Positions 38,901-47,406 of a DNA stretch of 53,255 nt are shown here, in pieces; the stretch's first letter is position 1; each line of letters begins with the position of its first letter. Source of the DNA: Cyanobacteria bacterium J06626_4 (lineage in GTDB: Bacteria > Cyanobacteriota > Cyanobacteriia > Phormidesmidales > Phormidesmidaceae). The notes below the pieces were generated by a model that was not told the origin of the DNA, searched no databases, and was given only the letters and a program-made list of their open reading frames with translations. Made by a program: the position numbers and the translations under genes. The stretch covers positions 1 through 53,255 of the forward strand of contig JBCBJQ010000031.1 in assembly GCA_038523235.1 (NCBI GenBank). The letters are read 5' to 3'.

Positions 38901-39496
38901 CCCATCTCACCGCTACCCAAGGCGTCAGGCATATCTCCTAGACCGTCACCGCCCAGGGCATCAGCCATGCCGCCCAGGTCACCCCCCCCGCCACCGCCGC
39001 CAGCGAGTTCATCCATGCCACCGCCCATGGCATCGGTCATGTCGCCCATGCCACCCAAATCACCGCCGAGAGCCCCCCCGAGATCAGGCATCGAGCCACC
39101 CATATCAAGATCAGGCTGGCGCTGCACCGCCGTCGGGTTGAGCTGGTGTTGCACGTTGGGTTTGGCGTTGCTGGCCCCGCTGGAATTATCTTCAGGAGCG
39201 CCTGCCGCCCCGCTCGCCTGGGGTTTCATCTGCACCGCTTGACCCGCAATGTCGTCAGCTTCCTGCTCGTACTTATCCCCCGGTTCCCCCATGGCGAGAG
39301 CGGGCTGAATGGTAAAGTTGCCTAGACTATGCCCCCGCTCAGCCGCCCGCTGCATCTGTATGTCGAGCGGCGCAGCGGCTGATTCTGCTGCCGATTGGGC
39401 CTGCACCGATGGGCTGTTAACCGCCGTTGCCCGATCGCCCCCAGCGCGATCTCGGGTCGCGGTGTTAGAGCGCTGGCGTTGCAGTTGAGTTTTCAT
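35924..39496 (-). CDS. DUF4157 domain protein with central TM bundle and acidic coiled-coil tail, paralog 1
   Basis: MKTQLQRQR leader; GHSLGNFTIQPALAMGEPGDKYEQEAD; ELIFHEAVHTIQQG; hydrophobic block at about 37460-37810. Confidence 0.87.
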   Translation of the reverse strand: MKTQLQRQRSNTATRDRAGGDRATAVNSPSVQAQSAAESAAAPLDIQMQRAAERGHSLGNFTIQPALAMGEPGDKYEQEADDIAGQAVQMKPQASGAAGAPEDNSSGASNAKPNVQHQLNPTAVQRQPDLDMGGSMPDLGGALGGDLGGMGDMTDAMGGGMDELAGGGGGGGDLGGMADALGGDGLGDMPDALGSGEMGDAMGAMGGNGGETMTEEEGPETEEVEEMLGATSGEMGLGDDGIEGSIRTAIASGGEPLPEEMQAKLRSRIGMENPEDIRVHTDGKANELCDELGALAFTTGNHIFFAAGEYDPDSPDGQELIFHEAVHTIQQGAIDGSEGAAEEEAETNEAVAMQADDPAATEETTDDTATEETNPETEQTADADSGGEAQAESAMDQGADETQEAVTDQAEDAQMPSEVTGQVKGFFGKPPAPTEPEKVSPPAAISDPLTPTTSMGTAESADAAADETGELMGGGASGAFDQALGEVMTFAGESGADVLNLQAAPEATYDTASGQIEADHNPAGEWIVNNMVLANTTGKAMEIYNRWGAVDDLPSYHRVNPLYYASLALETVVMVLEIISGIFDVISLFLLGLMISLYLIAGFFYGLGMLLNAVFGAGAWAIAWATSIAQFTNSTFPPIFNLLDTWLVLLALMRVPLRLILMGMWLLTGLVSGFIALGQGKSFADAMQDGASLAGNQVIGLAGDLLEIVLFNYTSQADDIGGDELLSIANPKNIGKTTKDLGNDFLSAGKKKLDPNGTPTFKIVELRDPTGSQIWDGFDDALDMGDNAAVLNAIKWGDEGVKEVIKETTVDTLGAFAGGGTEFGQDAFKGWSADSGKIYGQSAADEQNIQAAAAQAQALRETQAIQRAEDEDAASSTDDELAANYEATIADLPELELETDSIEDSPANDLAGAMQGGAIAQAGIIQLEGLAGLKEQQLEGLYYGQLELADRAAFSETAEAVSSSSLEQNESAEGMLDSSAGDVQGAQDDSGDMAGMAKVMSTIFGPLMSVASIFTPVDSSDSQAATKAATDSGDAGQEQASAMPGNTSAGGKQLDESKKQNEGVIADAQQSQQSIASEDEEIAGHQAGLETDLADIYSSLDELYSLNDEAESAKDSAAAEQDAEMETAASWAEETLDVIHGFWEENEPEGEGEEETNAEDDEDTVSWEELHEVFMSLSLAASGEAQGAAS

Positions 39497-39628
39497 GGGG
39501 AAACGCCGGTATGGGTCAGGCGGTGGGTGGGCAGCTAAGGGAAGCGGCGGGGGCGATCGCGGTTCCCGGCAATCTAGAGGCGAGCGTTCTAAGGGATGGG
39601 GCTAGTATGCCCTCTTAAGATTCTCTAC

Positions 39629-39660
39629 GACTTTAGTCGAAGGCCCGTGCGACCAAAGTC
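39629..39660. promoter_or_regulatory. Two-box operator upstream of the DUF4157 operon
   Basis: GACTTTAGTCGA-N10-GACCAAAGTC; same motif and spacing recur at 48005-48036; candidate -10 CATACT on the minus strand at 39604-39609. Confidence 0.7.
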
Positions 39661-39698
39661 TAATTTGTCTCAATCTCGCCTGAGAGCGGCGATCGCCG

Positions 39699-41801
39699 TT
39701 ACGGCACCGGCGCGATCCAGCCTTTAATTTCGACATCGATCAGAGGCTTTTCGAGCTTGATGTATTCACTGCGAGAGGCTTCTAGCAGGTGCTTCATCTG
39801 CACTGATTCTCCCGCATCGGCCGCCAGAAACGCCGCGTTGAGAGCAATATTGCGAATGTTGCCCCCCGCCACATTCAGACGGGCCAGCTTGTCGGGCTTA
39901 AGGCCCTCGGTGGGCACCGTGGTCGGAAACACCCGCCGCCAAATTTCCGCCCGCTGGGTCGCATCGGGGAAAGGAAAGCGCACAGTGAACCGCAGGCGGC
40001 GCAAGAACGCCTGGTCTAGCGCATCCTTCAGGTTAGTGGTGAGAATGGCCAGGCCCCGGTAAGACTCCATACGCTGGAGCAGATAGCTGACTTCGATATT
40101 GGCGTGGCGATCGTGGGAGTCTTTGACTTCACTGCGTTTACCAAAGAGGGCATCGGCTTCGTCAAACAGCAAAATCGCGCCCCCCATTTCCGCCGCGTCG
40201 AAAACCCGACGCAGGTTCTTTTCCGTTTCGCCAATGTACTTGCTGACCACGGCACTGAGGTCAATGCGGTAGAGATCGAGCTGCAGTTCTAGCGCCAGCA
40301 CCTCCGCCGCCATGGTTTTACCCGTACCGCTTGCCCCCGCAAATAGGGCGCTAATGCCCAAGCCTCGGCCACTGTCGCCGCCAAACCCCCAGCGATCATA
40401 AACCGTAGCTCGCTGTCGCACATGGGCCGCAATTTCCTTCAGCACTTCCTTTTGTTCCTGTGGCAGCACCAAATCATGCCAATGAGCGCGGGAGGTAATG
40501 GGCTGAGCCAGATCTTCCATGCGGGGGCGAGCTTGGCTGCGACAAGCCTCCCAAAGCTGCTGCTCTAGCGGTTGTGCTGGGCGATCGCCCACCCGTTTAT
40601 CGGTCTGCCCGTTGTCACTCGCTGGCGGCGCTTGCCGAACGCTATGGCCAATTGCCTGCACAGTGGGGGCACTCAGATCAAACTGAGACACCAGCGCGTC
40701 AATGTAGCCATTCAGGGTATTCGCCGTCTCACCCAGGCTGGCCTGCCAGAGGAGGCGCTGTTCTTGGGCAGTGGGGGAGCCAATATCAAAGGTAATCACG
40801 ACCCGATGGTTGGGGGGACGGCGATCTCGATTGCTGACGAACAGGGGACCGGAAAGGGTTTCCAAGGCATGGGCAATGGCGGCGAGATAGCTGGCCCCGT
40901 CGGGAGTAGTGCCATCATCATCGATGAGCAGGGCACTGCGAGAGAGTAACGATTCTCGATTCCAGCGCCGCACAAAATGCTGCAGCTCTTGGTTTTGCTG
41001 GGGCAGTAGGAACGCTGGCAGACTGTAGAGCTTGAGCCCCAGTTGCTGACAGGCGGCAACTGCGATCGCCTGTTTCCCCGCGCGATCGCTGCCGCACAGC
41101 TGCATCGCCGGATAGGCGTCGCGGGGGGAGAGTCCCTGCCAGAGGGTGGCGATTTGCTCAGCGATCGCTGTGTGTGAGGGCACCAGATGAGCCGCTGGTT
41201 TCACTCGCTGTAAGCGGTTGGCCAAGGTTTCATCCAGATAGGTGAGCCCTAATAAATAGTGCAAAATGCGTTCATCAATCCGCAGGGGGCTACTGGTGAG
41301 AGGCTGATCGGGATTCAGGCGAATCAGCTGCCAGCGGCGCAGGGGGGCATCCGGCGTGAGAGCGCTCCAGTGAGCACCCGGAAACAGGGCCAAGGCCAAC
41401 CCAAAGGTGGGAAACGTCCGCTGCGGATCGGCCTGGGCGGCAGCGCAGAGCGGCCCCCAAGTGGCTTCGAGTTCTGCCCCGGCACAGAGTAGCAGCACGC
41501 TCACCTCAAACGCGCTAAGGCGCAGGGTTTGACACAGGCGCTTCAAGGCCGAACCTTGGGCGATCGCCAAATGCAGCACCCGTTGCATGACGCGCAGATG
41601 AGCCTGCAGCTTCAGTAGGGGAAAGGGACAAGCCTGACCGGTCTCGGATCGCGTAACGGGACGGCTGGCTTGAGCTTCGAGGCACTGCCGCAGTTGCGCC
41701 AGACAATCGATTAGATAGCGGCGATTCGCGTCATGCCAAACCGCAGAGCGATTGGTCGAGGCCTTGCGGGTAGTCGAAGCAGTAGAAGAAGAAACCACCA
41801 T
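39699..41801 (-). CDS. CIS AAA+ ATPase (Afp15/Pvc15-like)
   Basis: N-terminal PTFGLAL...PLRRWQL...RIDERILHYLLG; Walker A GASGTGKT, VVSKYIGETEKNL, Walker B LLFDEAD, DRHANIEVSYLLQRME. Confidence 0.92.
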   Translation of the reverse strand: MVVSSSTASTTRKASTNRSAVWHDANRRYLIDCLAQLRQCLEAQASRPVTRSETGQACPFPLLKLQAHLRVMQRVLHLAIAQGSALKRLCQTLRLSAFEVSVLLLCAGAELEATWGPLCAAAQADPQRTFPTFGLALALFPGAHWSALTPDAPLRRWQLIRLNPDQPLTSSPLRIDERILHYLLGLTYLDETLANRLQRVKPAAHLVPSHTAIAEQIATLWQGLSPRDAYPAMQLCGSDRAGKQAIAVAACQQLGLKLYSLPAFLLPQQNQELQHFVRRWNRESLLSRSALLIDDDGTTPDGASYLAAIAHALETLSGPLFVSNRDRRPPNHRVVITFDIGSPTAQEQRLLWQASLGETANTLNGYIDALVSQFDLSAPTVQAIGHSVRQAPPASDNGQTDKRVGDRPAQPLEQQLWEACRSQARPRMEDLAQPITSRAHWHDLVLPQEQKEVLKEIAAHVRQRATVYDRWGFGGDSGRGLGISALFAGASGTGKTMAAEVLALELQLDLYRIDLSAVVSKYIGETEKNLRRVFDAAEMGGAILLFDEADALFGKRSEVKDSHDRHANIEVSYLLQRMESYRGLAILTTNLKDALDQAFLRRLRFTVRFPFPDATQRAEIWRRVFPTTVPTEGLKPDKLARLNVAGGNIRNIALNAAFLAADAGESVQMKHLLEASRSEYIKLEKPLIDVEIKGWIAPVP

Positions 41802-41842
41802 CAGTCATCCAGACATGGGTCAGCAAACAAAATCAGTCCGCC

Positions 41843-43180
41843 CTAGGGCACGATTAACAACGGCCCCACATACTGCTCGTAAGTGGCACTTTGAGGGTCG
41901 AAATCAGCCTGCAGCAAGCTCTCAGCGCCGTCAATGGTGGCTCGCACCAAATACTCCCCTGGTTGAACTCCGGCGATGGCAATCTCGATTTCGGAGCTGT
42001 TCTGTTCTCGCAGTCTATCCGTAAAGAGATACTCCGCCGGGGCTTGAGTGACCCGCTCATTCAGCACTAAGACAACCCGGCTGTTGGCATTCACCGTCAG
42101 GTCAAACTGCACCCGCACCAGCGCCGATCGCGGCTCATCTTCACTGCCCTGCACATCGGCGATCGCCACGTCTAAAATCGTGGGCCGCAGCACAAAGGCT
42201 TCCACATTCGACTCCACCCATTGAGACGAACTGTCTGCTGCTGGATCTGCCGTCGCGCTGGCTGCCCGAGATGCCGGTGGGGTGCGGCTGCCGCGCTCCA
42301 CAAAAACGGTGCGGGGTTCATCGCGCGGATGGATAATCTGTAACCCTTGCACCCCCGCCCGGAGCTGTTCCGCCGGAATCGTCGCTAAATCAAGGACGAC
42401 TTGGTTGGGGGCAACGGTTTGCGGTTCGATCAGCTGCGGCCCTAGTTTGATATAGGCATTGGGAGCTTCTAGCTGTTTGCCGCGAATCAATATAGAACTG
42501 TCGCGCAAAATCGGGCGGTAGCGACCCGCGCTGCACAACACCTGCTCAATCACCGGCTGAATGCTAGAGGGAATCGCCCCCAGATAGCGATCTCGCACCG
42601 GCAACGCCCGCCGCGCCGGAACATCCCCTTCCACCAGCACCACAGTCACTTTGTAGGCAACCGAGAGTAAATAAGATGCCTCAAACAGACCACTCCACAA
42701 ATTTGAGAGGTCTTCCATTTCGAGATCTTGGCGCTCAATGCGAATCGCCTCCGACTGTTCTGGTAGGTCGGAGGCCGCCAGAAACGGATAGGCCCGATTG
42801 TCAATCGTGTCTTGCAGCACGTCCGGCGTCAGCGAGCCATAGTCTTCCAACGTGCGCACCACACTACCTAACAGGCGCTGGGGTTCTAGCTCTACCTCGT
42901 TGCCATAAAAGCTGAATAAGTAATAGAGATCGAGCGCCGCCTGCGATTTTTTCGTCACTTCGCCCCGCCGTTGCCGCCCCGCTACGGCTCCGTTGCTATG
43001 AGCCGGATTCGACAAGATGTGATAGAGGAAAACATTCAACCCCGATTCCGGTGCACCTTCCCCCAAATTTTCCGGTCGCAGGGTCGTGACACGCGCCCCC
43101 TCCACATCCGCCTGGATGCTGGCCTGTAACAAGCGTTGGAGGGTTGCGGTGACAGTGGCGATCGCCAGGTAGTTACTCAT
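41843..43180 (-). CDS. DUF4255/Pvc16-family protein with C-terminal Ig-like domains
   Basis: MSNYLAIATVTATLQRLL, LNVFLY, LDLYYL, QRLLGSVV, LSNLWS, YLLSVAYKVTVVLV. Confidence 0.85.
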   Translation of the reverse strand: MSNYLAIATVTATLQRLLQASIQADVEGARVTTLRPENLGEGAPESGLNVFLYHILSNPAHSNGAVAGRQRRGEVTKKSQAALDLYYLFSFYGNEVELEPQRLLGSVVRTLEDYGSLTPDVLQDTIDNRAYPFLAASDLPEQSEAIRIERQDLEMEDLSNLWSGLFEASYLLSVAYKVTVVLVEGDVPARRALPVRDRYLGAIPSSIQPVIEQVLCSAGRYRPILRDSSILIRGKQLEAPNAYIKLGPQLIEPQTVAPNQVVLDLATIPAEQLRAGVQGLQIIHPRDEPRTVFVERGSRTPPASRAASATADPAADSSSQWVESNVEAFVLRPTILDVAIADVQGSEDEPRSALVRVQFDLTVNANSRVVLVLNERVTQAPAEYLFTDRLREQNSSEIEIAIAGVQPGEYLVRATIDGAESLLQADFDPQSATYEQYVGPLLIVP

Positions 43181-43186
43181 ACTGTG

Positions 43187-43317
43187 GAGTGGGAGGTTGA
43201 CAGGGTGGCAGGGTAGATGGGTGGTGGTGGGGTGAGTGGGGTAAATGGAGTGAGTGAGGTTGGGTAGAGTCAGTGGGATACCTAATTTGCTGTTCCCTAT
43301 TCCCTGTTCCCTACTTC
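43187..43317. repeat. Intergenic short repeats: G-rich tract and TTCCCT(A/G) heptamers
   Basis: G-runs at 43203, 43211, 43219, 43229, 43238; TTCCCTA TTCCCTG TTCCCTA at 43293-43313. Confidence 0.7.
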
Positions 43318-43327
43318 CAAATTCGCC

Positions 43328-43696
43328 TCAATTCACCAGGCCGTTAACCTTGCGATAAAAGGTCTGCAAATACTGCAAATCTTCGGCAAAGAGCCCCTCC
43401 ACAACCGTCGGTGTAATGCTGTCAATCTCCCCTAACCGGGTCACCACCCGCGACAAAATCAGCACGGTCGAGTAAGCTGGATTCGCCTGTACGCGCGGAT
43501 CGCCCATCGGCACAATTTCATCTACGGCGCGCGACAGTCGCATCAGACCATTGCGATGGAGCTGATTTTCCGCATCAAGGTAGCCCTTCGGTAAGAGAAA
43601 CTCAAATTCAGTTTGCAAAGACATAGCTGGGGGATTCTCCGCGATCGCCAGGCTGTCAGATTGTGAATTCATCACTCCGCGCTCCGAATTCACCAT
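43328..43696 (-). CDS. CIS phage-tail assembly protein
   Basis: LQTEFEFLLPKGYLD...HRNGLMRL...DE...DPRVQANPAY..LILSRVVTRLG...DLQYLQ.FY, typical of the small gene following CIS tubes; the true start may be a later ATG. Confidence 0.8.
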   Translation of the reverse strand: MVNSERGVMNSQSDSLAIAENPPAMSLQTEFEFLLPKGYLDAENQLHRNGLMRLSRAVDEIVPMGDPRVQANPAYSTVLILSRVVTRLGEIDSITPTVVEGLFAEDLQYLQTFYRKVNGLVN

Positions 43697-43718
43697 GCCG
43701 AACTCTCAAGGCCAACGT

Positions 43719-44216
43719 CTAAGTCGTATCACCGGGGTCAACCCGCTCGAACACCTCGCAGGCTAGCTCTAACTCTTCGACGGCCAAATCGCCGCCCGAG
43801 GCACTGACATCCGAGCATTTGTAGCTGGCCGGCCAAGCGCGCTCAAACACAAACCGCGCCCCCTCGCTGGCATCTTGGCGGTAAATCACAATCGCCCCGT
43901 TCCGCCGCTGTTCGGCCCATTGCCCTTGTTGAACGGCGGTCAGCCAGTTCCACAGCGTTTTGGACGATCGCAAGCTGCGCACGAGGGTGATATTGTTGAC
44001 CTTCAAATTGCCCGGAATTTTCACGTTCGAAAATCGCCCGTGGCTGGCATTGCCCCAGGCCAACGGCACCACCTCAGGACACTCAATCACATCCTGGCTG
44101 GTTTTGAGGCCCTTGCATTCTTGAAAATAGCCGTCCACCGCTTCATCACTGCCGTCTAAATAGAGGCCAATGTAGAAGCGCGACGTCGTCAGAATTTCAT
44201 GGGTCGGTTTCGTCAT
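43719..44216 (-). CDS. T4 gp19-like tail tube protein 3 (tube-initiator-like)
   Basis: SRFYI, FQECKGL, KIPG...NITLVR, LWNW, RRNGAIVIY, FERAWP, VEELEL. Confidence 0.88.
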   Translation of the reverse strand: MTKPTHEILTTSRFYIGLYLDGSDEAVDGYFQECKGLKTSQDVIECPEVVPLAWGNASHGRFSNVKIPGNLKVNNITLVRSLRSSKTLWNWLTAVQQGQWAEQRRNGAIVIYRQDASEGARFVFERAWPASYKCSDVSASGGDLAVEELELACEVFERVDPGDTT

Positions 44217-44252
44217 GGGGCGGACTCATCGCAGGGCAGGGGGACATCAGGG

Positions 44253-44744
44253 CTACTTCACCCGGTGAATGCCCGCGTGGTGCACCTCGACGCTTTCTTT
44301 AAACATGTCGGTGCTGTCAGAGGCCAGTGAGGTGGTGCTGTAGGTCGTGGGGATGGCGTCGATAATGTTGTATCGCGCCCCTTCGCTGCCGTCCTGATTG
44401 AGAAACACCACCGATGCGGTCGAGCGGTTATTCTTCCAATCAGTACCGCCACCGGCAAAGCTGGTGGGATGGCAAGCCTTGTACCACAGCTCTAGCACGT
44501 CATTCTCGACCGTCGTAACGAACTCTAGCGAGAGGTTTTCAAAAGAGGTGGAGGCGATCGTAAATTGGGTGTCGCTCTTCAGGCCTTTTTGTAGGCCAAT
44601 CGACTCGCCCTCACCGGCCACCTCAAGGGTGACATTCAAACCGCTGAGCTTTTGAATCTTGAGCTGCTGGCTGTTGCCAGTCGCACCATCACTCAGTTCA
44701 AAGAAAAATCGACTGTAGGTTAAATATTCTGGGGTCTGGGCCAT
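44253..44744 (-). CDS. T4 gp19-like tail tube protein 2
   Basis: SRFFFEL, KLSGL, LELWY, RSTASVVFLNQDG...ARYNI.DAIP..Y, ESVEV.H.GI.RV. Confidence 0.82.
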   Translation of the reverse strand: MAQTPEYLTYSRFFFELSDGATGNSQQLKIQKLSGLNVTLEVAGEGESIGLQKGLKSDTQFTIASTSFENLSLEFVTTVENDVLELWYKACHPTSFAGGGTDWKNNRSTASVVFLNQDGSEGARYNIIDAIPTTYSTTSLASDSTDMFKESVEVHHAGIHRVK

Positions 44745-44837
44745 ATCAAACGCGCCTCAATCACATGCAAAAACAACAGGGGTGGGCAAAGAATCAAGCA
44801 GCTTTTCTCAGAGCGGTCTGGGTGGATGAGTACGGGG

Positions 44838-45374
44838 CTACGCCGCCGCTGCGGCTACCGTCGAGGTCCGCGGATCACCGCCCGCGAGCACTTTATCGAC
44901 TTTTTCGCAGACAAACTCGTAGGATTCGACGGCTAACTCTTCGCCGGTGGCGTCGGCATCGCCCAGGCTGTAGTTTTTGATCCAAGCCTGCACAAAGTTC
45001 CAACGCACGATTTCTTGATCGCCATCGGGGCTATAGAGCACGACCGAGCCGCTCTTGCGGGAATTGGCCCAGTCGCCCTCGCCCAGATCACTGGCGGGTT
45101 TGGCCTGGTTAAACCAATCGTGCATCATGCGGCTGGCGCTGGTGGCGTCGCCACTGAGATACACCTCAACGGTGAGGGTGGGGCTGGAGTCAAAGCCACC
45201 AGAGCTGGATTGGCGATTGGTTCTGCCGCCTTTGCCGCATTCTAGGGGAGCCTGGCCACCGGTGGTCTTCGCCTCATATTTCACTTCAGTGATGCTTTTA
45301 ATGGGCAGTTCTTCGATGCCTTCCCAACTGATGTAAAACTTACTAGAGCCAGTAGTGGCTAGGGTGTTAGCCAT
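44838..45374 (-). CDS. T4 gp19-like tail tube protein 1
   Basis: SKFYI, MHDWF, RKSGSVVLY...RWNFVQAW..Y, AVESYEFVCE. Confidence 0.85.
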   Translation of the reverse strand: MANTLATTGSSKFYISWEGIEELPIKSITEVKYEAKTTGGQAPLECGKGGRTNRQSSSGGFDSSPTLTVEVYLSGDATSASRMMHDWFNQAKPASDLGEGDWANSRKSGSVVLYSPDGDQEIVRWNFVQAWIKNYSLGDADATGEELAVESYEFVCEKVDKVLAGGDPRTSTVAAAAA

Positions 45375-45429
45375 GGTGCATGATCCTCATAATGGGTGGA
45401 TGAGTAGGGGGTATAGGGTCGGTGGGGCA

Positions 45430-45572
45430 ATCGCGCCAGAAACCGTTGCTTGTCACCTCATTGAGATGTGTGGGATCCCCCCTGCCCCCTATCAAGAGAG
45501 GGGTGGCGTAGCCAGGGGGATCAGGCCGCATCTTGATCGCGCCAGAAACCGGGTTGCTTATAAAAACCCGGT
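45430..45572. repeat. Composite repeat cassette between sheath and first tube gene
   Basis: 16-bp direct repeat ATCGCGCCAGAAACCG (45430-45445, 45536-45551) flanking GATCCCCC...GGGGGATC (45474-45522); hairpin ACCGGGTT/AACCCGGT (45548-45572). Confidence 0.75.
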
Positions 45573-45586
45573 GGCTCAGCAAGAAG

Positions 45587-47296
45587 TTAGCCTTCGTCTT
45601 GGCCGGTCCACTGACTAAAGCGGAAGATGACAAATTCCGCCGGTCTGACCGGGGCCACGCCAATCTCGACGTAGAGACGTCCCAAAATCATCGAGTCTGG
45701 GGTGTTCAACTCACCATCACACTTGACATAGAACGCTTGAGAAGGACTAGCTCCCATGAGTGCCCCCTGCCGCCACAGCCCCGTCAAGAAGTTGCTGATC
45801 GTCCGCGTGACGCGGGCCCAGAGGTCTTCATCGTTGGGCTCAAAGACGGCCCATTGCGTACCTAACTCGACCGACTTCTCGATATAGCTCATCAAGCGGC
45901 GCACGTTGATGTAGCGCCACTCGGTTTGATCCGGTTCGACCAAGGTGCGCGCCCCCCAGATGCGAATGCCCTGGTTGGCAAAGGAGCGGATGCAGTTGAT
46001 GCCCAGCGGATTCAGCAGCTCTTGCTCGCGGAAGTTGCAGTCGTAGGCCAGGCCCAAAATGCCGCGTGGCACTTCGTTCGCCGGGGCCTTGTAGACGCCT
46101 CGCGTTTCGTCAGTGCGAGCCCAAACGCCCATCACGTGACCACAAGGGGGCACCGAGATGGGGCGACCATTATCACGGGGGTTGGCCACCGACACCCAGG
46201 GATAATAAAGGGCAGCAAACTGCGATCGCCGATTGAACTCTTCTGACAGCCACTGGCTGACATCCTGCGGCTTGTAGCGATCAGGGGGCGAATCGAGCAC
46301 CACCATGCGGTTGGGCGGGTTGGGAATGTCGCCCGAAGCGGCCCCTTCACAGTTACTGACCATCAGATCCATGACGCCGTGCACCTGGTCGAGATTCATC
46401 AGCCCGACTTCATAAGCCCGCATCAGATCAGGGCAAGCCATGATCGTGATTTCGTCGATTTCCAAGAGCCCCTGCACGCCGGTGCGATCGTCCCGCACCC
46501 CTTCGACATCGCGAAAGAAAGTTTGCGGGCTGGGAATAAACGGCGGCGGGCTGACTTCGCAATAGCCATTGCTGGGGCGGCGGGCTAGCGGACTGCCCGC
46601 CTGGGCAATATCCTCAACGGTAAGCAGTTCCGAATCGGCGAGGGCTGTCACCACATAGTCGGCGACAGCGGTATCCACATCGGCATCCATGCTGAGGTGG
46701 TCGTAGCGCTCCATGACCGTATCGCCATCCATCACCGCCACGCTGAAATATTCGCCCGTGTCAGTGGGCACTGCCGCATCGGCAGCGTCGCTATCGCTGG
46801 CTTTAGGCGTGCTGTCGCTGATCCGCACAGAGAGTGAGGCCGGACGCTGGCCGTTGGCGATCGCCGCCAGGCTGCTGCCCCCCGTTTCATCGGCTGCCGG
46901 GGTTGATCGCCGGGCCAGACTGAGCGTGGGGCGGCGGCGACGGTTCATAATTTGGGTGCCCGAGGCGGCGGGGGCTTCGTCGGTGGAGCCTGGTAGCTGG
47001 GTACCAATGCTGGCAATCCAGCAGCGACCGCCGCCATTCAAAAACCAGCCATACACGGCAAACGGCAAATAGGCGTTAAAGCTAGTGAATCCATCGGAGT
47101 TGGGGCGGCCAAAATACTCTAAATACTGATCCCAATTGGTCACCATCATGGGTTTGAGGGGCGCCGCGCCGCCTCGGATATCTTCGGTAAACCCGACAAA
47201 TCCAGCGACTGCAGTGGGCACGCCCTCAATGGGGCGACTCCCTCGGTTCACTTCTTCGATGTAAACGCCGGGTGCAAAGTAATCGAGTCTGGGCAT
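45587..47296 (-). CDS. Contractile tail sheath protein
   Basis: YFAPGVYIEEV, AVAGFVG, AVYGWFLNGGGRCW, AALYYPW, PPCGHVMGVWARTD, KAPANE, LNPLGINCIR, WGARTL, WRYINVRR, VFEPND, AFYVKCD, PAEFVIFR. Confidence 0.97.
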   Translation of the reverse strand: MPRLDYFAPGVYIEEVNRGSRPIEGVPTAVAGFVGFTEDIRGGAAPLKPMMVTNWDQYLEYFGRPNSDGFTSFNAYLPFAVYGWFLNGGGRCWIASIGTQLPGSTDEAPAASGTQIMNRRRRPTLSLARRSTPAADETGGSSLAAIANGQRPASLSVRISDSTPKASDSDAADAAVPTDTGEYFSVAVMDGDTVMERYDHLSMDADVDTAVADYVVTALADSELLTVEDIAQAGSPLARRPSNGYCEVSPPPFIPSPQTFFRDVEGVRDDRTGVQGLLEIDEITIMACPDLMRAYEVGLMNLDQVHGVMDLMVSNCEGAASGDIPNPPNRMVVLDSPPDRYKPQDVSQWLSEEFNRRSQFAALYYPWVSVANPRDNGRPISVPPCGHVMGVWARTDETRGVYKAPANEVPRGILGLAYDCNFREQELLNPLGINCIRSFANQGIRIWGARTLVEPDQTEWRYINVRRLMSYIEKSVELGTQWAVFEPNDEDLWARVTRTISNFLTGLWRQGALMGASPSQAFYVKCDGELNTPDSMILGRLYVEIGVAPVRPAEFVIFRFSQWTGQDEG

Positions 47297-47406
47297 GGAT
47301 TCAAGCCTCTATGAACGTTAGCAATGGATGGTGAATGGGGGAGTCGGGGCCGGGGGCCGTTGCTGGGGCCATCCCCTCAGCCTGGCGCGATCGCCGTGAG
47401 CAACCG

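Noticed and set aside
45367..45663. 98-aa ORF between sheath and tube
   Set aside because: Overlaps the sheath end and runs through palindromic repeats; not protein-like.
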